Source: Haplodiscus bocki (Eukaryota). Taken from it: 64,000 bases of DNA. The notes beneath the pieces were generated by a model. That model was not told the DNA's origin, ran no database searches, and saw only the letters and a program-made list of their open reading frames with translations. Position 1 is the first letter of the stretch. Each line of letters opens with the position of its first letter. Location: assembly GCA_965655095.1 (NCBI GenBank), contig OZ296652.1:96658001-96722000 (forward strand), written 5' to 3'. This document shows, one piece after another, positions 26,201 through 39,721 of this stretch. The position numbers and the translations under genes were made by a program.

Positions 26201-29069
26201 ATTTTACAGCAGGGAAAGTCAACGTGAACGAGAGTGGTTCAGTGTTTGACGAAAAAAACCGATCTTGTTAGAAAAAAACAAGTATGAAGTTAACTGAATG
26301 ACTTTTTGAAATGTTTTTCAGATGTTAATGGTAACTGTCGTAACAATTTGGTACTTTTTAAAACTAAACTTTATTAAACTTGAATTTTATTGCCTCGAAA
26401 GAATTGGAAAAGACTTTCGGTACAGCAAAACCAATTACCACTGCTGCCGGTAAAACTACGTTTAACAAGAACAAAGCAATTAACAATGAAAAACCACCAA
26501 TCGTCAAGCAAACACATGTCACACGCTCATATACTAAAAACATATTTACACATGCCATTGTTACTTTGTTTGGTTAAGGCACAATTTTGATCCGTTAGCG
26601 AAAAGTTGAAAGGAAAAACAAAGTAAAAGTCCTAAATTGAATCAATTTTTTCCCAACGCGTCTTATTTTGAGTGAAAAGCTTCACGACGCATCATTGCTT
26701 GAATGATTTTTTTCGCAACCTGTCAGGTTTCAAAATGTAGTATAATCGAATTTCCAAAAGGCGAGTTTTTTTAACTTCACCACATGTTCTTTTCATGATG
26801 TACTCCTCCATGCCAACGTGAGAAACTACAAGGTAAATTGCCTTTGTAGTCTAAATCTTAACGATCACCTTTCAGACAACAGTTCCAGTATTCATCTCAC
26901 ACGGACTCTGGTTTTTGATTCCGTGTTTGGTGTCGCACTTTTTTCCTTTCTTCAACTGGTATTAGCGAGAAAAAGCTACAACTAAAAAACGAATGGAAAA
27001 GAAACACCAATTTTTTTGTCTGACAAATTTCCGAGGGGCTGTTGTGAATGTTTATGACAAAACGGTACGTTATGATCTGAAGTTTTTTTTATAATTTCAC
27101 ATTAATGATGAAAACAGGAATCAATCAAACAATTTTCTATGAACATAACCGGGAATGTTTTTCTTTTTCGTTCGAAAAGAAATTCTTCTCAGCAATCTGG
27201 AAGGCTCATAGGGTTTTCAGAGATTGGATTTATTCCCGTAGTGGTTTTTTTCCTAGTTTATCTCGTAGTCAACGTGAATTGGGTTTCCAACAACTGAACT
27301 AAATTCAAAGCCATCAAGCGTCGTTGTGGAATCGCAAGTCTCAATTCTACCAAGTGTGTTTGGTTGGGAAAAGACAACCATGTTCAAGTCATAGTACTTT
27401 CAGTAAAACTCTCTATGTTCCAGGTCAGAGACTTGAAATCTTCTTGTGTCTATCTTTTGCGCGTCCACACTTGAGAATACTTCCTCCCAACTCTCCAAAG
27501 TTCCTCGCTGGTTGCGAGTTATCTAAACCTCCGCTGGTAAGTACTGCCACAGAAATCGTATTCGAGACGTTTCTAAGACCATCGGCCATTTCCTCAAGCA
27601 AAAGAAGAGAGGCACGGTTATGCTGGAAATGGATTAATCTCAGTCTTTTTGAGGGAATGTTTGGATTTGACTGTTAGGGATTGGCGAAGAAGTTTTTTTT
27701 AGGAAATGAGATGGTTCTTCCTTTTTAAAGCAGTGACTCGTTTTGTCCACCAGACAACGTTTATCGTCTCCTTCAAACAAAGTATTTGCAGTCTTCAGTT
27801 TCTTGAATGGAATATTCAATACTTGGCTTCACGCTGTGCATTGTAAACAAAAGTAACAGTTTTTATCATTTTCATTCCATGTAACTTAGACACTTTTTTT
27901 CCGGCATATCACCTGCCATGACAATAGGCGTCTCCAATAACGTCTCTAAATGATAATTACACCTCTTCAAAGACATAAGTCATTTGGTCACACGACAAAA
28001 GAAGAAAATCGTTCGATTTTCAAAAAGAACAGTTTGCATATGCACTGTGGACGAACATTGTGGGACGTTTTTAGCTGCTTCTGTCGAGAGCTTTAAAGAC
28101 ATTTTCGTGCACCCAAAATTTGCCGGAACACATATTTTTCAAGCAATACACGTTCCTATAAAAGGTAACAAAGCCATTGTCATAGCAACGGAAAATTTTT
28201 AATGTTGTTTACATCATAGTTGTTCTGAATTATTTCATACTCGTATTCAATTCATTGTCAGTTTTTGAACCGGTGGTGAGTTTGGCAGTGATTAAAATGA
28301 TGATTCATGTGAACACAAAACGACTACGTTGTTGTACAAATTTTCAATTGAGAAGATACAGAAAATGTTGGTTTCAAAACGTAACGATGAATGAATTTGT
28401 CTGTTTGAATCTTCAATGATATCCTCATAGGAATGATAAAAAAAATTGTCCGTTGGTTTTGTAGATCGAATCTTGTTTTTAGAATTCGATAGTTGAATCT
28501 CTAAAGACTTGTTCGCTAGAACGGAAACGCTGAGGAAAAGGCAAAAGCTTTCACCCAAGTTCTTTTTTGGAAACACTTACTCCTTCTTGGAGGATAAAAC
28601 ACTGTTTCTTTTATATCACAAAATTGAAACGCGTCAATTGTGGATTTTTTTTAGTTTGAGCCTTTGAAAACTGGTGCTGGTCTACGCTGGGAGTGGGAAC
28701 TGTAAAAGTTGTTGTGATAACAAAAGATCTTGTTGTTTCGAGCCCTAATTGCTTCCAGTTTCGCTCCGTAAAACAAACAATTTTCACAAAAAGGGATTTC
28801 GTTGTTTGACAGACATAAACTGCTATTAGTCATCAATTTTTGCAGAAGGACTTCATCGGATGTCTAATGGCAAAAAAGGGTGAGGTTGCTAAAGAATATA
28901 TATTTTCGGTGTTGGCAATCCTTTTTATCCGACCAATTGAACTTATAAATCTCTTGATGAGTAACACCTATAATGTTTAACTTGTTGCCATTTCCGCTTT
29001 TGCTTCGCTACAGTCAAGTTGCAACAAGATTTGCGTTTAAAATTGTTCTGGTTAATCCCATTTAATGAA

Positions 29070-32000
29070 TTTCCGTCCTTCAATCGTAGCAAAAACGTCT
29101 CTTGCGAAATAAATGGAACGCAAGCCACAGAGTTTAATCCTGCTCGCCAAAACAGAGTTGTTCTACTGAGACATTGTAATTTACCCAAAATCTCATTTTG
29201 TCCGCAAAGTCCCAAAATGTTTTCTAAACCATAGTTGTAAGGAGCACAGAGCTCCTAAACGTGACATTGCACTCAAATGTAAACAATTTTGTGAAGCTTT
29301 TCCAGGCATTTACGCTTCACGACAACCTACGAACAGTCAATGTGAGTTCCCTATCAAAACTGCAATAGTTGATCTGGAGAACCTTGTCAAAAAATTGATC
29401 ATACGAATCCTAAGGAGGAGCTGCGTTCATATGAAGGTTTCCTTGTACATTAAAGATTTAAACAAGCTAGACACTAAAATTTCATTTTTGCAAAAGAAAA
29501 CCTCAACGCAACAAAAGTTCATGAGAAGTGGGGACGTTTTTTTAACAACTCGGCGCGAGCGAAAGTGAAACTCGCTGTAGGGTTATTTTTGAAGATTAAA
29601 GAAGATGAATGATTCATACCTTCTGCGCACAGAAAAACATAATCCTGCTGCATCGATGGTGACTTGTATGCTCCAAAGACAGAATCAGGAAGCTGAAGCA
29701 TCTTGTCATAAAAACTGACGTCATCGAGTCGTGTGGACGACAAAGGGTGAACACCATGAGGAGACTTCAAGTGTAGACAAACTTACATTTAGTTATCCTT
29801 TTGCTGAAAGGCGGACCAGTGACTTGCAGGTACGCCGTTTTGCCAAAACCGCTAAAATAAATTATACACTCAACTGTTTTGCGATTTGGGAAAACATCGG
29901 TCTGCCATATAACCACAATTTGTACCCTTTCTGTTCAATTGCTCTCAATCTGAACAGACACCAAAAAATGGAAGAGGAGAGTTCAGAATGTTCTCAATTT
30001 GTTCATTGAAAAAATGAATGAACTCGATCGAAGTGAGTTTGGTGGAGTCCACACTAACCATATTCTGGTGTTCGAGGATATGCTAACACTCAACATTGTA
30101 CTATAAGATACAGATGTTTTGAATGGGAATTTCAAGAGAAAGCTTTCTAGAACGAGTTTGCAGAAAGATGATTTTGTTGTGGGAATATTGAAACACAGCA
30201 GCTATGTAAGTTATATGAGCCACAATCTTGCAGTCTTCCACTCTTTCTTTGCCCTGATTGTGACACCTCTTTTACAGGCCATTCACTTTGAAGCCAAAAA
30301 CGGCCGGATGCAGTGAACGAGTTAAAAATTTCTTTCTCACGATTTTATATCAAAAGCAAGCAATCTCTTTCAACAAAATGGGTTCTTTTGAAAATGAACC
30401 AACAAACGAGCATACTTTGATCAAAAAATTGGCTTTAGTTGTCCCTGAACCGTTTCCGTGCAAGAAAAAGGTTTCAATGACGCAAACACAACAAAAAGGC
30501 CAAGGAAAACTCACCAATCTTGGTTTTCAGTCCATCAAATATTGTTAAAGAACCCATTTTCCTTTGCAAATCTGATCCCAATCACGTTGTTGCACTTTTC
30601 ATTGGACTACATAAAATGTTAGATACTGAAAAAAAAAACAAAACTGAAGAAATTGTTCCTCGATCTCCAGACAAGAAGAAAGCTTCCGATTGGGAACATC
30701 TTGGATAAACTCAACCTACGCCATGGCCCACACAAGCAAGCCAACCAAGATGGTTCTGGGAAAAAAACATGTGCTTCCATTTAGTTCCTACAGATACAAG
30801 AAAATCATTTAAACGGCCCACAGGAGCACTTGGAACGTTATTGCAATGTTTTGTACTTCTTTTGTCATAAACAAGACCCAATCTCCATAACAAAAGAGAT
30901 ATTGAACTTGATGTTAAGAAAAATGCATATTAATACCTTTCTTTTCAATTTTGATGACATTCAACCGTTGGACATTTTATATTTCCCTGCCAGAGCATTA
31001 GGTCTTGATTCCTTCCTGGAAGCAAATAAAACTTCGGAAGCCAAAACTTTTTTCTGGTACCAATGCTTCGATAACCCCGACAAAATGTACAACGAGAACT
31101 TTTTCGATATGACGCCTTCAACAAAAAAGTCCCTCTCCAAGCAGAGAACAATGACTATGTTGCTCTCTGGGCTGGTTGAAGGACCACAGAACAGGCCGTG
31201 CTCAAATTGAAACTATCGAGGACAACATCTCCTGAGATTGACAACTAACAAAACCTCAAAAAAGATGGAGGCTGGACCAAATGAACTCGTTCAACAAATT
31301 TTTACGCTGGAATAGTAATCAAAAAGTTGTTCCAACTATGGAAGCTTTTTCAAGAAAGACTGCCTTTTGTCGCAACAAAGATATTGACACATTAAAGCTT
31401 GGCAGTACATTACTAAACTTGGCCATTATTTGTCTACATAAATCCAGAGACACAAATTACTAACTATCCACCGAAGGAGACGACAAATTTCTGGAAAAAA
31501 ATTGGTAGGATGTTTTTGCTGGTCTAGTTCTCGTTCTTACTTGCAAAGCAAAAGGTAATCGAATAATTCTACGAAAATTAACGAAGTTTTGCAAATCTAC
31601 GGTCGGGATTGATACTAGCCATTTCTACCCCAACTCGTTGTATCAACCTATGCCGAACTGTTCTTGTTCACCCTGGTATATCAGTTCAAAGACGAGTAAA
31701 ACGAACTTCGACTAAACAAGACTGGTAATTTTGAAATACTGGTCATGTCATATTTTCAACAAAGAAGGCCAGGCTAAGAAATTGATAGATTTTATGAGCA
31801 AGCAGAGAAAAGAAACGTGACTATTTCAGTGTTAATGGGTTTTGATCACACACTGATTCATTGTGTTCGGAGCGATGGCTTGCTTCTATCACTTTTATTG
31901 CCGTCGAGAAGTAAGTCCATCCCTCTTTGAACAAATTTTGGAACGTGGAAGTAACAAAGGATAGTCCAATGAATTGCGAGGAAAGTAAATAGAGGATCAA

Positions 32001-33290
32001 CGCTTCAGTGTCCTTGAAACAGAGACCACGAAGGGTGGAGATTGTACAAAACAACCAGTAACTTTAAACAACATGTCCGAGAAAACGTCCCTCACAGACG
32101 ATCACTTGAAGCTGAACAACTTTAAGAGGCAACGAAAAACGGAAAAGTGATTAGGTACGTTCAAATTGACTTTGGAGTACCTCAATGTTTTCGCGCCAAT
32201 AATACTAACTGCCCGAAATACTTAATAAAACACTTGCGTCAGCCCGGGTGAAATAAGTGACTTAAAAAACTTTTGTGGAAGTCGAAGGAAGAATGTCCCG
32301 TCCACGGAGACTGGTAATTTGGAGCTTCAAGTTACAAAAGTTACAATTAAAGTTCCCTTTCTCTTTCTGTTTTGAACTCAGTCTTGTTTTGACGAAAAAA
32401 CGCCGCTTTGGTGCGTACAATCAGAATAGTATTTCAACAGTTTTGTACAGTAACCAGTAGACGCAAGAGATTAAGTTGAAGAAAATCGTTCTTGAAGTTT
32501 CAGGGCAGAGATGATGAAGCTTTTGCCAGAAGATACGAGGCTACCAAACTGTGGATTGCAGCCAACACAGAGTGACGAAATACGTCACCAACAAAATGCA
32601 GCTGTCAATAGTGAACTGTTCTGCAGAATAGATTACATAAACAGGGCTCTATTAGAAGTTGAACTCGCCAAAGCACAACTTGGACAAAGAGAGCCAAAGA
32701 TTGTCTTCGTCTTCTTCTTCTTTCTTCTCTGTGCAAAGCGGCGATTTTTGGAAAACCACAAACCACAACCAAAGTTGATGTCGCAAACATTTTCAAGTTT
32801 TTGGTATGGTACTCATGTTCTCTGTAACTTACTTTCGCCAAAATGGAACTGGAAGGTTGTTTCCTACCGGAAATGATAAAAGAGTGATAGTGCTCGCGGT
32901 AAAAGTTTGGCATTGATAGTTTCACTGCTGATGCAGGCAACAGTTTCAAGGAAGAATTCGTGCAAAACACATGAAATAAGTCGACCTAGATCCTGGTCTT
33001 TTCAAAAACAAATTCAATGGTACAAAATTATCACGTTACAGTAGCAAAACGTACTGTTGCTATGATGCTATGCTAACTCGCACAAGGTTAAAATCAGTGA
33101 AGAAGGTCTCAAAAATAGTGCACGAAAACAGAGATGCGATGGACCACTGGATAAATTTCGCCACGTCCCGGACAAAAAATTGACTTTTACGCCAACCAGA
33201 GGAATTTTCCGACCAAACAATCACTACATTGCTACATACGAACAAATCCAGAGAATTATTTCCTTTTCTTCCCACTTTGTAAACCTATCA
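29070..33290 (+). pseudogene. Polinton protein-primed family B DNA polymerase relic
   Basis: Collinear fragments: LERYCNVL; DIQPLDILYF..LDSFLEANKTSEAKTFFWYQCFD (30830-31210); VGIDTSHFYPNSLYQPMP (decayed DxxSLYP, ~31600-31655); MMKLL (~32511); PGLFK...SKTYCC (~32992-33060). N-terminal Cys/His-finger-like remnants at ~29070-29345. Many stops and frameshifts. Confidence 0.85.
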
Positions 33291-33384
33291 ATTCGTTAAA
33301 CTATCAATTTTTCAAGTTACTATTGTCTTAAGTTTGTTAATTTTAAAACACCCTGAATAACATTATCTAACTTTAAATCAAAGC

Positions 33385-33896
33385 TTTTACACAACAATGA
33401 GTCACAACAGTATTCGCAGGCCTAATATTCAAAAGCACAGGTAGTACATTATCCGCAGGCGTCATAAGTAACGGCGATGATAATAAATAAGTGCCTGGGC
33501 GGGCTTGCAATGAGAAATTAGTTCAAAAAATCTAACGAAACCTCACAGTGCCGAAAATCAGTGAATAAACCCGACTCCATATCTTCATACATTGCAAAAC
33601 TTAGAAGCATGTTTCAAATTATTGAGGCTTTCCTACCTCTATACAATACCAAACATACTCGGATTTGACACAAGACAGCAAAACTGGGAGCAGTCAATCA
33701 GAGTCGAGCAGGAGAATTCCCAAAACTGCATCCGCCAACCAGAGTCCAGCATTGCGTTACCATAAGCGTCCGAGAGCTCTGGGTTGCGGATGGAAAACCT
33801 TCTCGGCTTTTGGTTCAAGTCGGTTCGCTATAGACTATCCTAATAGACTAGGTCTTCAAACCGCGTCCCATTTTTTCTGCACACCTCTCTGCTGCT
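33385..33896 (-). repeat. Polinton right terminal inverted repeat
   Basis: The reverse complement begins AGCAGCAGAGAGGTG and stays collinear with 17486-18000. Confidence 0.85.
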
Positions 33897-36800
33897 GACT
33901 TTGCCAGTTACTAGTGTTGCATAAACTCTTGGGAGCTGAGTATTTACGGCCGAAAAATCATTATCAGGATTTTTTGAATTGCTTATTGCTTTAACTTTTT
34001 TGCTCACCTCCAAGTATCTAACTACCGGCATTTAGAAGTTGCTTGTAGATGGCTCGACGACCGTATACTGCAGTTTTCTGATCTTTCTGGTAATTATGTT
34101 TTTTCAAACTAGAACATGGGAATGATCTGTTTTTGAATGGCACAGTTGTAGGTTTTGATGACAAAGTAACAGTTGAGGCCCGTCTTCGGCTAAGAAAACT
34201 ATAAACAGTTCAGTTCATCCTTTCTCTACAGTATCTTTGACTGTGATATCATCCCGCTCCAGTTACTGTCAACTTGTTTCTTACAACTTCGTTGATTTCA
34301 AAAAAAAACGTTCCTCGCTGAGTCGTTGTTTTTGCCACTGTTTTGAATCGGTGGGAAAACGTCTTTAACTACAATAACTTTCGATCCTGAAACACCCGTC
34401 TTTCGTGTCTCCCATTTCTTTGCCACCTTGCAGGACACACTTACGAGCGTGTTGGAGTTCCATTAGCATGGTGGTGTCGTCAGGATTTTGATAGTGTTTA
34501 CATACTCTGTCGGTAACATTATCAGTTACAGAGCTCAAAATTTTTAAGGGGCATAGAAACCTCATTGCCGTGGAAGCTCTAATTTATCATTTTTAACTTG
34601 TAACTTAATCTAGTAAGTCAGGTTTTGAGAATTATTTGTGCATTAGTACGGCGAAGTTTGTGACAACCTCCGACTTAGCCGACCCAATATTGCCCAAAAT
34701 TATGTCTACGCTTTCCGAAATTTTATGTCAATCACCTCCGAATGAAGGGGTTGTTTTGGGGATTCCTCTATTTGATGTTAGCGAAATTTTTGAAAGGTTC
34801 ATGAGGAGCTGGCCCCTCACGAAAACGGTTCAGTGCATGAACAAGGTAGTTCTATTCGTTTACTTTTTAAACGATTGTTGGTTTCAATAACTATCCTACT
34901 GACGCTTTCGAGGAGGAGCGGTCTTTTTAAGCGTCTAATAACGGGCCTTCGGTTCAGAATTTGGTGGCACTATAACTCTGCCCTCTTCCCTTAGCCAATT
35001 CTACTGCCAACGAATTTGTTGAAAAGAACAGCCAATAGGAGTTGGAGTCTGGGATCAATGTGAACCAACTGTTAAGGTTGAAAGACGTCGTTTCATAAGA
35101 TGCCAGTTTTTTTTTATTTTGTCTATAGTCTTTCTTGACATCACGTCCTGTAACAGGGTATTACAGTTTAACCAGGCTTTATATTCCCTTGTTCATGCAT
35201 TAGCTTCCTCATAATTTTCACTATACCCTTGTTCACCATAACAAATAGTTGTTTTCAGAATTTCAGTCTCTTCCACCGAGGGAGAAGATAAATGTTTCAG
35301 TATCTGGGGAGCGCTTAAGTCAATTTTGTTCCAATCGACAAAGGAAGCCCGACACTTCTACTGGAACAAAGGACTAGCTGATCAATTCCGTAGGCCTAAA
35401 ATTTTATTTATCCATTGGTTGAAAAAAAATATTCTATTCAAGGTGGAATTTCTCCTCTGTCCCGTTGTAACCTGCAAGGTTTTGGGCATAGGCGGTGAAA
35501 TGTACGTAGTCTGTCTCAAAAATGAAAAACTGACCCTATGACGGAATTGAAAAAAATAAGCCAAAGTATATCAAGACAACACAAGTGGCAATAGCTTCGG
35601 GCTCGACACTTGAGTCTCTCGTAGTAACTGACTGCTCCTGTTGACAAACATGGGAAAACCTGGATGTGAATCCATCCACTTCTATGTAAGATACCTCTCT
35701 CAATAGACGAACTTGACTAATATCACTGCTATCGGCAAGCCATCCATATTATCATTCAAAAAAATGCTTGCGACGAGCTGGTGTGAGCCATGGCTATCGA
35801 ACAGAAACTACCTGTGATCTGACAAAAATGACTTTAACTTTCACAAATAGGATAATTTGCAGTAGGCAAAAAATCTTATTATTACAGCGTTGTCTCCGTT
35901 GAGACGTAGGAGTCTGAAAAGTGAAAAACACAAAAATTAACCTTGCTTTCCACAATGGTTCCCTTGAAGTTCCAACTTTTTCGTGCTTCTTCTGTGAACA
36001 GCTCGCTGGGGAAAAGGATATGATAAAGAAACAGGATGAACACTAGGTTACTGTGGAATAAAACAAGATGACTTGAGATAAGATTAGATAAGATAAGATA
36101 GGCTAAAACATGTTAAGCAAAGATAACATAAGATAAAATACGAAAAGATAAGGTCAGATAAGATAAGATAAAATAACAATTTTTTGAAACCGTTCAATCA
36201 AGACAAGATAAAAAAGATAAGATAAAACAATATAGGAAAAGACAGAAACGGAAAAGTTAAGATATGATAACATTAAAGAAGTAGGAATCTTTAGGATAGG
36301 ATAAATTAAAATGATATAAGATAGGACAGTGTGATGAAAGAGAAAATAAGATAACATGAGATAAGGCAAGATAAGAGAACGGGAAATAAGATAAGATACA
36401 ATGAGATGAGATGAACTAAGATAACGTTAGATAGGATCAGATAAGATACAATCAGATCAGGAAAGATAAAATGGGATCAGCTAAAATAGGACTAAACAAT
36501 TTGAACAAACACAGAGTATAAGAAGAGACAGTAAAAGACAAGCTAAGATAAATAAGAGGAAGTATTCAACGAAAATATAGGACAAAATAAGATAGGAAAA
36601 ACTCAGATAACGTAAGATAAAATACGTCAACTTCCGATAAAATAGAAAAAAAAGTAGGATGAGATAAACGAATTAAGATACGACAAGAGCAGATATTATA
36701 AGATAAGGCAAGATTAGCTGAAATAAGAAAAGATGAGATATGCTAAGATAGGAAAAGATGTTATAAGATGAGATGAGATAAAACAGGCCAAAATGAGATA

Positions 36801-39135
36801 CGATAGGATAAATCATTTTAGGAAAAGGTAAGACAAACTGATATATAATAAGTTGAGATGTGATTAGAGAAGAGATTATAAAAGGTAGCATAAAAAAAAC
36901 GAAGAAAAGTTAAGTTATGATAGGACGAAATGATCTAATAAACGATAAGATGAAGTATTCTAAGATAGGATAAGATAAAATGAAACACTATAAGGGAGGA
37001 TGGGGCAAGGTTTTTTAGGATGAGATAAGACAAGGGAAGATAAGATAGGATTGGATAAAGAAAGATCTTATGGCAAAAACAAGGATAAGGTAGGAAAGGA
37101 TAAGATACGGTAACATAGGATTGGATAAGATAAAGTTCAGACGATAAGATGAAATAGGATGAGATAAGATAAAATAAAGTAAGTTGTGATATGATGAGAT
37201 TGGATTGGCTGAGAGAGGATAAGCTAAGTTAAGTTAACATAGGATGAAATAGAAGGAGAAAAAATAAAAGAAGATGAGCTAAGATAGAATAGATTAAAAT
37301 AACAAAGTGTAAAATAAAAAACAAACGTTTTGATGTGATAAGATGAGATAATACAAAAAAAGTTGACATAAAATACGAGAAACCAATTCACGATAAGCTA
37401 GGATAAGTTGAGATTGAAAGGCGATGAGAAAAAGAATGACACAAATAAGGTAAGATATGGTGCGATATGAAGAGATGAGGTGAGTCGAGATGACAAAACA
37501 AAGGTTACGAAAAGAAAAAACAAGATGAGAAAAGATTGGATAAGATAAAGTATGATGCGACGAGAAAAGTTAGACATAAAAGATAAGATAGGATAAGATA
37601 AGTTGTGAGACAACAAGCTAAGTGAAGACAGGATAAGATGAAAGAGGATGAGAAAAGATAATTGAAGATAAGCTATGATAAGATAAGTTAGGATAAGGAA
37701 AAAATAGGATAAGTTTATTGGAATATGTTAAGATTGGATCAGAGGTGATATGTTAAGGTAAGCCAAGTTAAGATGACGTAGGATAAAATAGGATGCGAAA
37801 AAATCAAAAGGACACCAGAAGCTTAGTTATGATGTCATAAGAAAAGACAAGATAAAATGAGAGAAGAAAAATTTAGATATGGTTTGTTCAGACAAGATGT
37901 TTTTGGAAAAAATGTTACACAATAAGGTGAAAACTGCTAAACTAAGATAAAATAAGATAAGATAAGATGAGATGAGATCAGATAAAAAAACTTTTCGGAA
38001 AAAATGAGAATTTAATATAGGCTAAGATAAGTTGAAATAATACAGGAGAAGAAAGAGAAACTGTAAGGTAGATGAGTCTAAACATTAAACCATAAAATAA
38101 GAAGAGATGAGGAGGATAAGTTTATATGAGACAAACTTTTCTAGGAAAAGATAAAACCGGGACAGTTAGAATATGATAACGTAAAATGATTCGACAATCG
38201 ATGGGACACGAAAAGCGGAGACAGCTTGAAATAAGATGAAAAAAGATACGATAAAAAATATGAGATAGGACAAAGAAAGCTACGATAAGAAAAAACACGA
38301 CTAGGACTCAGACACAATGATAAGATTAAGTAACGAAAATTGAGAGATGGTGAGTTGATGCAAGATAAAAGGAGACTACACAAGATGAAAATTGATTTCA
38401 AAAATAGGCTAAGGTGAGAAAAGAAAACATAGCATGACATAACGTAGTATGATAGAAGACGACACTTATTTTGCAAAAATAAGATAAAACAAGTTAAGAT
38501 GACGTTGTTTTGGATGAGATAAGATAGGATAGGTTGGAACACGACAGAAAAAAGTATGAGAGAAGAAAAAAGCTAAGCTAAGAACAATTAGGTCGACATG
38601 GGACGAGAGAAAAAAAAGTAACAAAAAAGTGTATGACAGGGTAAGTTAAAGTAAGATAGGAAAAGTTTTTTGTAAGAAAAGATGAGGTATGATGTTTTCC
38701 GAAATGATAAGAAAGACTGATTGAAAAGAAGTAGGAAAAAGTAACTTAGGACAGGATAAGATAGGATAAATTGAGCTGTTTAAGCAGAAGCTCAGATGAA
38801 GTAGTAAAAGATAAAAGAAGAAATGATAAGATAGGATACTATATGTTAAAACGAAAAAAGCTAAGAAAAACTAAGATTAGATGAGATACGAATAGTAATG
38901 AGAAGCTGTGATAGGATGAACTCTGATAAGGTCACACAAGATTTAATGAGATAAGATAAGAAAAGACAAGAAAAGATAAAAGAAGGTAATTTAGGATGAG
39001 ATGAGATAAGAAAGGATATTAAAAAATAGGTAAGTTATGACTGGTAAAAATCTAGAAGGAAAACTATACAGTCGGTTGCGCTAAGATGAAATCAGGTGAG
39101 AGAAGTTGAGAGATGACAATATAAAAATTTAAACT
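33694..39135. repeat. Copy 1 of a ~5.45-kb tandem segmental duplication (TIR tip + ~2.1-kb flank + GATAA tract)
   Basis: 33694-34095 matches 39155-39558, and 34096-39135 matches 43381-48425 (ORF pairs 34365/43653, 35326/44614, 37398/46678). Confidence 0.95.
36010..39135 (+). repeat. Degenerate (GATAA)n pentamer satellite, purine-rich on + strand
   Basis: Continuous gataa/gatag/gatga variants over ~3.1 kb. Confidence 0.95.
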
Positions 39136-39721
39136 TTTTTGAATCTGAGTCGAGCCAATCAGAGTCGAGCAGGAGATTTCCCAAAACGGTATCCGCCAGC
39201 CAGAGTCCAGCATTGCGTTGCCAAAAGCGCCCGAGAGCTCTGGGTTGCGGAAGGAAAACCTTCTCGGCTTTTGGTTCAAGTCGGTTCGCTAGAGACCATC
39301 CTAATAGTCTAGGTCTTCAAACCGCCTCCCATTTTCTCTGCACACCTCTCTACTGCTGATTTTGCCAGTTACAAGTGTTGCATAAACTCTTCGGAGCTGA
39401 GTATTTACGGCCGAAAAATCATTATCAGGATTTTTTGAATTGTTTATTGCTTTAACTTGTTTGATCACCTCCAAGTATCTAACTACCGGCATTTAGAAGT
39501 CGCTTGTAGGTGGCTCGATGACCGTATACCGCAGTTTTGTGATCTTTCTCGTATTTATTGTTGTTATGATTGTTGTGATAAAAGCCTAATTCTTGTGATA
39601 AACTTGTTAAATAGTTTGAGATGTTATGTGTGAGCTGACCGTGGAGTAACTGGAGTGAATGTGGATATCACATCTCGGCTAATTAACTACAATTGCCCAT
39701 TTCAATATACATTGTCGGAAC

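Larger units (their letters stand above)
17486..33896. mobile_element. Full-length, degenerate Polinton/Maverick (polintovirus/adintovirus-type endogenous dsDNA virus), ~16.4 kb
   Basis: Left end AGTAGTAGAGAGGTG (17486); right end CACCTCTCTGCTGCT (33896). ~510-bp inverted repeats. 6-bp flanks GATTTT (17480-17485) and GACTTT (33897-33902). Recognisable relics of PRO, MCP, mCP, INT, ATPase and pPolB lie inside. Confidence 0.9.

Noticed and set aside
36154-38542. Leu/Ile/Ser/Tyr-rich minus-strand ORFs that look like membrane proteins (also 45434-48048)
   Set aside because: They are translations of the (TTATC)n strand of the satellite.
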